From Pseudomonadota bacterium (GTDB lineage: Bacteria; Pseudomonadota; Alphaproteobacteria; Caulobacterales; Hyphomonadaceae), in the NCBI GenBank assembly GCA_039815485.1, contig JBCBZD010000002.1:269933-333932 (forward strand): a DNA stretch of 64,000 nt, written 5' to 3'. How positions within the stretch are numbered: position 1 is the first letter of the stretch; each line of letters opens with the position of its first letter. Positions 56,321 through 64,000 of the stretch are shown here, piece after piece. The notes beneath the pieces are model-generated. The model made no database searches. It was not told the origin of the DNA and was given only the letters and a program-made list of their open reading frames with translations. Both the position numbers and the translations under genes were made by a program.

Positions 56321-57745
56321 ATGATCCCGATCACCGAATATGCTGGGCGCGAAGTCGCCGTCTACGGTCTGGGACGGACCGGCCTGTCAGCGGCGAAAGC
56401 GCTGGCGGCGGGCGGCGCGCGCGTGCATGCCTGGGATGACGGGGAAGCCGCTCGGGACCGGGCCGAGGCTGAAGGCGTCAACGTCTCAGACATCAACAAG
56501 CGCGATTGGCAACGCTTCGCCGCGCTGGTTCTGTCACCTGGTATCCCCTATCGGTTCCCACAGCCGCACCGCCTTGTTCGGCTTGCAGAAATGACCGGCG
56601 TGCCTGTCGTAGGCGATATGGAGCTGTTTGCCCGCGCGGTGCAGACATTGCCAGAAAAGGCGCGTCCTAAAATCGTCGGCATTACCGGCACGAATGGCAA
56701 GTCGACAACCACCGCCCTGATCGGACACATCCTGAAAGAGGCGGGCCGCGATGCTCGGATCGGCGGCAATATCGGGACTGGTGTCCTCGACATGGCCTCG
56801 CTGCATGCCAATGCGGTCTACGTGCTTGAGCTGTCTTCCTATCAGCTCGATCTGGTTGAAAGCCTGCATTGTGATGTTTCTGTCTTCCTCAACATTTCGC
56901 CCGATCACCTCGATCGTCATGGCGGGATGGAAGGCTACGTCGCCGCCAAGAAACGTATCTTCCAGAACCAGCGCTCAAGAGATGTCGCGGTGATTGGGAT
57001 TGATGATGCGGTCACCCAGTCCATTGCCATGGGGCGCTCGCGTCCGGGTGCGGCCCGGGTTGTCCCCATCTCGGCTGAGTTTGGGCTCGCCGGCGGCGTC
57101 AGCGCGGTCGATGGCCATCTCTATGACAGTACCGGTGGTCAGGCCATCAAGGTTGGAGATCTCGCCGAAGCTGAATCGCTTCCGGGGCAGCATAATTACC
57201 AAAATGCGGCGGCCGCCTATGCCACCTGCCTCGCGCTTGGCGTGGCCCCCGGCCGGATCATGGCGGGCCTGCGCAGTTTTGGCGGCCTGCCGCATCGTAT
57301 GGAGCGGGTTGGCGAGATTGAGGGTGTCCGCTTCATCAATGACAGCAAGGCGACGAACGCACAGGCGGCTGAACAGGCGCTCAAGACCTGGCCAAAAGTC
57401 CACTGGATTGCGGGCGGTGTGCCCAAGGCGGAAGGCATTGAGCCGCTCACGCCCTGGTTTGACCGGCTCGCGGGCGCTTATCTGATTGGCGAAAGTCAGG
57501 ATGCATTTGCAAAAACGCTTGGAAGCGACAGGCCGGTGACCAAATGCGGCACGCTGGAGGTCGCTGTGCAGGCTGCCTTTGACGCGGCCAAAGCCTCCGG
57601 CGATCCGAACCCGATTGTGCTCCTATCACCAGCTTGCGCCAGCTTCGATCAGTATACGGATTTCGAGGCGCGGGGGGATGCCTTCCGGGCCTGTGTTCAA
57701 CGTCTGGCTGACCGGGTCGCTGCCCCGACAGCTGAGGCGGTATAA
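56321..57745 (+). CDS. murD: UDP-MurNAc-Ala:D-Glu ligase
   Basis: GLGRTG, TGTNGKST, ELSSYQL, NDSKATN and LSPACASFDQ motifs. Confidence 0.96.
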   Translation: MIPITEYAGREVAVYGLGRTGLSAAKALAAGGARVHAWDDGEAARDRAEAEGVNVSDINKRDWQRFAALVLSPGIPYRFPQPHRLVRLAEMTGVPVVGDMELFARAVQTLPEKARPKIVGITGTNGKSTTTALIGHILKEAGRDARIGGNIGTGVLDMASLHANAVYVLELSSYQLDLVESLHCDVSVFLNISPDHLDRHGGMEGYVAAKKRIFQNQRSRDVAVIGIDDAVTQSIAMGRSRPGAARVVPISAEFGLAGGVSAVDGHLYDSTGGQAIKVGDLAEAESLPGQHNYQNAAAAYATCLALGVAPGRIMAGLRSFGGLPHRMERVGEIEGVRFINDSKATNAQAAEQALKTWPKVHWIAGGVPKAEGIEPLTPWFDRLAGAYLIGESQDAFAKTLGSDRPVTKCGTLEVAVQAAFDAAKASGDPNPIVLLSPACASFDQYTDFEARGDAFRACVQRLADRVAAPTAEAV

Positions 57746-57756
57746 GGGCGATCGCG

Positions 57757-58881
57757 ATGGTCGAGGTTGCCCTTCGTCCACGCTCTTCGAGAGCTTTTCT
57801 GCTGGAATGGCGCCGCGGTCTGGACTGGCCTGTTCTGATTGCCGCAACCGTTTTGCTTGGCGTCGGCTTGATGCTCTCGCTGGCAGCGGGGCCATCAGCC
57901 GCCATGCGGATCGGCTATGACGACCCCTACCATTTTGTGAAGCGGCACGTGATTTTCAGCGGGGCTGCGGTGATTATCCTGTTTGCGATGTCGACGCTGG
58001 ACCGCGCCTGGGTCAGGCGGCTTGCGGCGCTGGTCTTTATTGTTTCGCTTGCGATGATGGCCTTCATTCTGGTCTCAGGGCATGAGGCGAAAGGCGCACG
58101 GCGCTGGATCAGGATCGCGGGATCAACGCTCCAGCCCTCCGAATTCATCAAGCCTGCGCTGATTATTCTAACCGGCTGGCTGCTCGCCCAGCGCCAGCTT
58201 TATCCAAACGGGCCGTGGGCCGCGATTACGCTGGTATTCTTCGTTGTGACGCTCGGCTTCCTGCTGCTACAGCCGGATGTCGGGCAATCGGCGCTCTTGT
58301 CAGCGGCGTTCATCATCACCTTCTTTGTCTCCGGCTTGCCCATGCGGCTTGCGGCGGGGTTTGCCGGGGTTGGCGCGGCGCTTTCGACGGTTCTCTTCCT
58401 GACCTTGCCGCACGTGCAGGCGCGGGTGATGAGCTTCATCAACCCGACCGCGTATGACACCTATCAGATCGACAAGGCGAGCGAGGCGATCGCGCGCGGC
58501 GGCCTGTTTGGCGTTGGTCCTGGTGAAGGCAAGATCAAGACGGCGCTGCCAGATGCGCATACGGATTTTATCTATGCGGTGATGGGCGAGGAGTTCGGAT
58601 ATCTCGCGGCGGTCGCGGTGATCTTCATATTCGGGTTCATCGTCTGGCGCGGCCTGAAACGCGCAGCGCGCCTGAATGACCCTTATCCGCGGGCCGCAGC
58701 GACCGGATTATTTGCCCTTTTTGGCCTTCAGGCCGCCATAAACATCGCGGTAAATGTCAGTCTGATCCCGCCCAAGGGCATGACGCTTCCCTTCATCTCA
58801 TCCGGCGGATCATCAATGCTGGGAACCGCGCTAACACTCGGGTTGGCGCTGGCCCTCACCCGGCGTGGATCTTGGAGTTGA
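57757..58881 (+). CDS. ftsW: SEDS family peptidoglycan polymerase FtsW
   Basis: GARRWI, QPSEFIK, QPDVG, PDAHTDF and PFISSGGSS motifs. Confidence 0.95.
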   Translation: MVEVALRPRSSRAFLLEWRRGLDWPVLIAATVLLGVGLMLSLAAGPSAAMRIGYDDPYHFVKRHVIFSGAAVIILFAMSTLDRAWVRRLAALVFIVSLAMMAFILVSGHEAKGARRWIRIAGSTLQPSEFIKPALIILTGWLLAQRQLYPNGPWAAITLVFFVVTLGFLLLQPDVGQSALLSAAFIITFFVSGLPMRLAAGFAGVGAALSTVLFLTLPHVQARVMSFINPTAYDTYQIDKASEAIARGGLFGVGPGEGKIKTALPDAHTDFIYAVMGEEFGYLAAVAVIFIFGFIVWRGLKRAARLNDPYPRAAATGLFALFGLQAAINIAVNVSLIPPKGMTLPFISSGGSSMLGTALTLGLALALTRRGSWS

Positions 58882-58882
58882 T

Positions 58883-59974
58883 ATGGGTGAAAAACCTCTC
58901 GTTGTGATTGGCGCAGGCGGCACGGGCGGGCACATGTTTCCCGCTGCCGCCTTTGCTGAAGAGATGGCTTCGCGCGGCTGGGCGGTTGGCCTGATCAGCG
59001 ATGATCGCGGCCTGCGTTATGGCAAGACCTTTCCCGCTGACTGGAAGCTGGAGGTCAAAGCCGCGAGCCCGAACCTGCGTAAGCCCTGGACGCTGCCTGG
59101 CACCTTCCTGAAACTGCGCGCTGGCGTCGGCACGGCGAAACAGAAATTCAAAGCCCAGCGCCCGGCACTCGTTGCGGGCTTTGGCGGTTATCCGGCGTAT
59201 CCGGCGCTCAGCGCAGGCAGTGCGATGGGCGTCCCGCTGCTCATCCATGAACAAAACGCCGTGCTGGGCCGCGTGAACCGCCAGTTTGCCAAAAAGGCGG
59301 CTGTGGTCGCCTCCGGGTTTGAGCGGCTGGACCGCCTGCCTGCTGGGGCCAATCATGCTCCGCTCGGGAATCCCGTCCGCACGCCAATTATCGAGGCCTC
59401 CGGCGCGCCATACCCGCCAACCGATGACGACCTCACCGTGTTCATCACAGGTGGCTCTCAGGGCGCCCGCATCCTTGGTGAGGCTATCCCGCTCGCCATC
59501 GCCAATCATCTCAGCCCCCCGATCCGCGCACGCATCAAAGTCGTTCAGCAAGTCCGCGAAGAACAGCTTGAGCAAGTCGCCGCGATCTATGACAAGGCGA
59601 TGATCCGCGCAGAGCTGCGCCCCTTTTTCGACGACATGCCAAGCCAGCTCAGCAAGGCGCACCTCGTCATCGCCCGCTCTGGAGCCGGTACTGTCAGTGA
59701 GATTGCGGTGATGGGCCGTCCCAGCATTCTGGTGCCGCTCAAGATCGCGATGGACGACCACCAGAACGCCAATGCGGAGGGCCTTGCCGAAGCGGGCGCT
59801 GCCGATGTGATGCTGGAGGATAATCTCTATCCGAACCTGCTCGGCGAACTGCTCTCGGTTCGTCTCGGCGATGGCGAAGACCTGCGCACTCGTGCCGCCG
59901 CCGCCAAATCAAAAGGCAACACGCGCGCCGCGAAAGACCTCGCGGATTTAGCGGAGGGGGTGGCGTCAGAATGA
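58883..59974 (+). CDS. murG: Lipid II GlcNAc transferase
   Basis: GGTGGH, HEQN, GGSQGA and RSGAGT motifs. Confidence 0.96.
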   Translation: MGEKPLVVIGAGGTGGHMFPAAAFAEEMASRGWAVGLISDDRGLRYGKTFPADWKLEVKAASPNLRKPWTLPGTFLKLRAGVGTAKQKFKAQRPALVAGFGGYPAYPALSAGSAMGVPLLIHEQNAVLGRVNRQFAKKAAVVASGFERLDRLPAGANHAPLGNPVRTPIIEASGAPYPPTDDDLTVFITGGSQGARILGEAIPLAIANHLSPPIRARIKVVQQVREEQLEQVAAIYDKAMIRAELRPFFDDMPSQLSKAHLVIARSGAGTVSEIAVMGRPSILVPLKIAMDDHQNANAEGLAEAGAADVMLEDNLYPNLLGELLSVRLGDGEDLRTRAAAAKSKGNTRAAKDLADLAEGVASE

Positions 59975-60363
59975 TCCGCATATCCGCCATTCTCGCGCTC
60001 GCCTTTGGCGGTTTCCTGTTCGTTGCGGAGATCGTTCGAAACTGGGGCGATTGGCAATGGTGGCCCTTTTGGGTCGTCGACTATATCGCTGCCGGTTTGT
60101 TGATCTTTGGCGGTCAGCGCGCATTGAACACCGGCACCGTTCGCTGGCTGACTGGTGGATGGGGATTTACCGCTGCCATGTTCTGGATGTCATTCTTTTC
60201 TCACATCGATCAGCTGCGCCGGGAGGCCGATGAGCATAACGGTCCGGTGGATGAAACCGTTTTAACGACCATTATTGGCGTGATGCTGGTTGTAGCTCTC
60301 GTCGGATTCCTGGGGTCTTTGTTAGGGGATCGCAAACCCGGACGTGCGACTGGGGAACCCTAG
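59971..60363 (+). CDS. Hypothetical four-TM membrane protein inserted in the dcw operon
   Basis: ATGA overlap with the murG stop; Trp-rich hydrophobic helices. Confidence 0.75.
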   Translation: MIRISAILALAFGGFLFVAEIVRNWGDWQWWPFWVVDYIAAGLLIFGGQRALNTGTVRWLTGGWGFTAAMFWMSFFSHIDQLRREADEHNGPVDETVLTTIIGVMLVVALVGFLGSLLGDRKPGRATGEP

Positions 60364-60379
60364 AACTTGGACTCATGAT

Positions 60380-61810
60380 ATGACGATCAGACCTTCCCCC
60401 ACCCCGTTTCCCCTTGGCCCGGCGCATTTGGTCGGTATTGGCGGCATTGGCATGTCCGGCATTGCCGAAATCATGATGAACCTTGGCTATAGTGTGCAGG
60501 GCAGCGATATTCGCGAGAGCGCCAATGTCATCCGGTTGCGGGAAAAAGGCGCGGTTGTGCATGTCGGCCACAAGGGCGAGAACGTTGCCGGGGCAGGCGC
60601 GGTGATCATTTCCAGCGCGATCAAGGATGATAATGTCGAGGTTATGGCCGCCCGCGCATCCGGCATCCCCGTGGTGCGCCGCGCCGATATGCTGGCGGAG
60701 ATTATTCGCCTGAAATGGACCGTCGCGATTGCCGGAACCCATGGCAAGACCACCACGACGACCATGATGGCAGCCCTGCTCGACGGGGCCGGGATTGATC
60801 CGACCGTGATCAATGGCGGCATCATCAATGCCTATGACAGCAATGCCAAAGTCGGCACGGGTGAGTGGATCGTGCTCGAGGCTGATGAGAGCGATGGCAC
60901 GTTCATGAAGATTCGCCCGACGATCGCGGTCGTGACCAATATGGACGCCGAACATATGGAGCATTACGGTACCATGGACGCGCTGCGGGCCGCCTTTGAC
61001 ACCTATGTCGGGAATATTCCCTTTTACGGCTTTGGGGTCCTCTGCACCGATCACCCCGAGGTCGCGGCCATGGTCGCGCGTGTGTCAGACCGGCGGATCA
61101 TCACCTATGGCTATAATCGCCAGGCCGATATCCGCGCGGTGAACCTGCAACCCTCCGCGGACGGCGTGAAGTTCGACGTCATGATCCGCGCGCGCCTTAA
61201 TGCGGGCGAGCGGGTGATTGAGGGCGTCTTCCTGCCCATGGCGGGGGAACACAATGTCTCCAACGCACTTGCTGCGATTACTGTTGCGGTCGAGCTTGGC
61301 GCGACGAATGACCAAATCCGTGACAGTCTCGGCAAGTTTGGCGGGGTCAAACGTCGCTTCACCGCCGTTGGCGAATGGACCCCGGTGGCGGGCCAGCCGC
61401 CCGTCCGCTTCATTGACGACTATGCCCACCACCCGGTTGAGATCGAAGCCTGCCTGCAGGCCGCACGCGCCATTCAGGGCCAGAACCGCGTCATCGCCAT
61501 TTCACAGCCGCACCGCTATTCCCGGCTCGGCGATCTCTTCGAAGAGTTCGCGCAATGCTATCGCGAGGCCGATATTGCTGTCATCACGCCGGTCTATGCG
61601 GCCGGTGAGGAGGCGGTCGATGGCGTGGACAGCCGGGCCCTCGTCACCAGTATGAAAGGCCATGGCCACAAACAGGCACTGGAGCTTGCGGAACTGGACG
61701 GCTTACCTGCGCTGGTCGCAAAACTGGCAAGGCCCGGTGATATGGTCGTCTGCATGGGCGCAGGCAGCATCTCCGCCCACGCCAACAAACTGGCTGAGAG
61801 CTTGGCCTAG
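60380..61810 (+). CDS. murC: UDP-MurNAc:L-Ala ligase
   Basis: GIGGIGMSG, GTHGKTTT, EADESD and DDYAHHP motifs. Confidence 0.96.
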   Translation: MTIRPSPTPFPLGPAHLVGIGGIGMSGIAEIMMNLGYSVQGSDIRESANVIRLREKGAVVHVGHKGENVAGAGAVIISSAIKDDNVEVMAARASGIPVVRRADMLAEIIRLKWTVAIAGTHGKTTTTTMMAALLDGAGIDPTVINGGIINAYDSNAKVGTGEWIVLEADESDGTFMKIRPTIAVVTNMDAEHMEHYGTMDALRAAFDTYVGNIPFYGFGVLCTDHPEVAAMVARVSDRRIITYGYNRQADIRAVNLQPSADGVKFDVMIRARLNAGERVIEGVFLPMAGEHNVSNALAAITVAVELGATNDQIRDSLGKFGGVKRRFTAVGEWTPVAGQPPVRFIDDYAHHPVEIEACLQAARAIQGQNRVIAISQPHRYSRLGDLFEEFAQCYREADIAVITPVYAAGEEAVDGVDSRALVTSMKGHGHKQALELAELDGLPALVAKLARPGDMVVCMGAGSISAHANKLAESLA

Positions 61811-62484
61811 TGAATAATCGTCGCCGCCGTGGTTTCGGCCATCGTGTTGGCGGCGCGGATGGCGGTTTTTACCGCTTTCACAACCGCTTCAGAAGCGTTT
61901 GAGACCAGGCATTCGCCCGCCGAAATCGCCGCAATCCGCTCAGCATGCGCGGCCAGTTTGGCCGTATCGAAATTATGCTCCAACAGGCCGACCGCTCTGG
62001 CCAGTGTAATCGTCAGGCAGACCCGTTCACTGACCGGGCCGCTGACCGCAAACATCGCGCTTGCCATCTCTTCCTTGAGCTTGGTTTCCATCGCCGGGGA
62101 CGCCTCTGGCCATATCGTCCGTTCAAACGGGCCGAACACTTTGGTCTTTTCTTTCGAGAGGGCCCCAAGGTGAACCAGCTCATCGGCCAGCGTGGTGATG
62201 AATCCCTTTTGATTGGCCAGCCGTGAGACCCAGAAGGCGAGATCACGCGGCTTCGGCGCAGCGCCGATCTCGGCATCGCACATGCGCAGGAACGCTCCAA
62301 GCGGCAAGTTATGGCGCAGGGCAATCACGCCCTCTGGCTCAAGGTCCAGCTCGATCGCCTCTTGCAGGAACAGATCAGCCAGGGCAGCTCCGGCGAGCGC
62401 AGGTTGATAATAGCCGTCTTCGGTCTTGCCGGTTTCGTCATTCAGGGAGAGGAGGAGGATGGCTTGCGGGAGCGTGATGTCCAT
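61807..62484 (-). CDS. GPP34/GOLPH3-family protein
   Basis: LLLSLNDETG and LAGAALADL motifs. The stop overlaps the murC stop (CTAG). Confidence 0.8.
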   Translation of the reverse strand: MDITLPQAILLLSLNDETGKTEDGYYQPALAGAALADLFLQEAIELDLEPEGVIALRHNLPLGAFLRMCDAEIGAAPKPRDLAFWVSRLANQKGFITTLADELVHLGALSKEKTKVFGPFERTIWPEASPAMETKLKEEMASAMFAVSGPVSERVCLTITLARAVGLLEHNFDTAKLAAHAERIAAISAGECLVSNASEAVVKAVKTAIRAANTMAETTAATIIH

Positions 62485-62780
62485 GGAAACACTCTAGGTT
62501 TGATCTCTGCTTTCTCTACTCTGGGTGTTCACCCTTTTCGCACAAGGTTTTGCGCTAAATATGGCAAGCATATTCCGGCCTCTGCTCAGGGTTCAATCAG
62601 TCGCATTGGCCCACAATACATCAGGTCCTGCCGCGCATTTTTGAAATATGGTGAACAGAGCCTCTTCACGCAGGCCCAAATTCCACTGGCTTTCGTAGCG
62701 TCGATAAAAGGAGTTTCCTGTAAAGTTACTGACAAATTGCCAAACGGTTGAGAGACGGTTGAGAGTAGGGACGAGGTGGT

Positions 62781-63365
62781 ATGCTTTTCCGGTGTCTGAT
62801 GAGTGGCTTTGTGAGCGTGGCTGCAATGGCCGTTCCATCTTATGCTGGCTTCGAAAAAAGCCATCTGTCAGTCATCGAGCATCGCGAACACATTCTTCCG
62901 CAGCCAGCTGCCAAACCGTTAAACCTTCGCCCCAGATTGCCATTTTCGTGACCCGGCCCAGGCTCCACGGGGCCCGCGACCGTGACTATGACAAAAGTAA
63001 AGATTGGCAATGTCGCCTCACTCTCGAAACTACCCGTCCTGACCAAGGGCACACATATTGCGGCAGGTGTGGTACGCGATACCGAGCAGATCGACCGTCA
63101 GATCGACGCTGCAATCGGGCAGCTTAAACTCGACCCGAATGCCAATGGCTTTGGTCATAACCGCACGGCCTTTATCGGGGTCGGTTATGATGTTGGGGAT
63201 CCGGCAAAAGCCGGGCTTAGTTTTCATATGGTCGCCGGGGCAAGCCTGGTCGATCATTCACTGCGCGGTCGGCTGACCTATTCAGGTGCTGACATTCGCG
63301 GCGATCTGATGGGGCGCTACGATGTTAAACCAAGCTTGAATATTGCGGCGAAGTACCGGTTTTAG
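62781..63365 (+). pseudogene. Exported outer-membrane beta-barrel-like ORF interrupted by one in-frame TGA (62949-62951)
   Basis: GAGG before ATG, signal peptide, same frame on both sides of the TGA, ends in LNIAAKYRF. Confidence 0.6.
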
Positions 63366-63416
63366 GCCGCAGTCCTTCCTCTTTCCCTGCAGCGCCATAG
63401 CAAGTAGAGCTAGGCG

Positions 63417-64000
63417 ATGGCTTTTGACCTCTCTTTCCTGCCTGAAACTCGCGGCAAACTGATCAAGAATGCATCATTGGCCCCTTATACCTGGTTTCGG
63501 GTCGGCGGCGCTGCAGATGTCTTGTTTCTCCCGGCTGATGAGGAAGATCTTGCAGGTTTCCTGAAAGTCCTACCTGCCGACATCCCGGTCACTGTGCTCG
63601 GGGTCGGCTCAAACACAATTGTCCGCGATGGCGGTGTTGCGGGCGTCGTGATCCGCCTGATGGGGAAGTATTGGGGCGAGGTCCGACCGCTCAATGCCAC
63701 CAGTCTCGAAGCGCGCGCCGGGGCGCTCGATCTGTCGATCGCAAAGGCAGCGGCAGAGAATGGCACGTCTGGTCTGTCATTTCTGTCCGGCATTCCCGGA
63801 ACGATTGGCGGCGCGCTGCGCACCAATGCAGGCTGCTATGGCCGGGAGCTAAAGGACGTCCTGAACGTCTTGTACGGGGTCACACGGCAAGGCGAACGCG
63901 TGACTTATGAGGGCGACATGATCGACCATGGCCATCCGCAAATCCACTTTGGGTATCGCCATAGCGACCTGCCAGAAGACCTGATTGTCACGCGTGTCTG
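63417..64000 (+). CDS. murB: UDP-N-acetylenolpyruvoylglucosamine reductase, 3'-truncated (absent from the ORF track)
   Basis: [31 protein letters not shown] and FGYRHS motifs. Confidence 0.95.
   Translation, partial: MAFDLSFLPETRGKLIKNASLAPYTWFRVGGAADVLFLPADEEDLAGFLKVLPADIPVTVLGVGSNTIVRDGGVAGVVIRLMGKYWGEVRPLNATSLEARAGALDLSIAKAAAENGTSGLSFLSGIPGTIGGALRTNAGCYGRELKDVLNVLYGVTRQGERVTYEGDMIDHGHPQIHFGYRHSDLPEDLIVTRV

Noticed and set aside
58856-59761. 301-aa minus-strand ORF; likewise 60272-61054, 52578-53321 and 49216-49854
   Set aside because: Antisense shadows of murG, murC, murE and rsmH with no recognisable domains.

Overview
This is a GC-rich alphaproteobacterial chromosome segment. gcrA, carD, rpoH2, a TonB receptor and a TorF-type porin suggest a Caulobacterales/Hyphomonadaceae-like organism (inference). 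It is mostly core genome: rtcB; the helicase-S4-fdxA-carD-rpoH2 block; aguAB; zapE; purL/purQ; uup; gcrA; proA-nadD-rsfS-rlmH; tRNA-Pro; trkH; and the dcw cluster from mraZ to murB (truncated at the window end). Small accessory modules are interspersed: GIY-YIG+ASCH beside REP-like palindromes, hicAB, an entericidin pair, an HxlR-controlled detox block and insertions in dcw. I found no CRISPR array, integrase, transposase or rRNA. The most interesting signals are non-coding. (1) An unannotated ~86-nt sRNA after zapE has an anti-Shine-Dalgarno loop and the same RpoE(ChrR)-type promoter as rpoH2. (2) rtcB has a uORF/terminator/antiterminator leader. (3) Four helically phased NrdR-box-like sites plus a DnaA box lie upstream of gcrA. 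(4) The tRNA-Pro(UGG) has A37. (5) The Tat-lipoprotein D-amino-acid oxidase is circularly permuted. All calls were made by eye; no database search or folding program was run.
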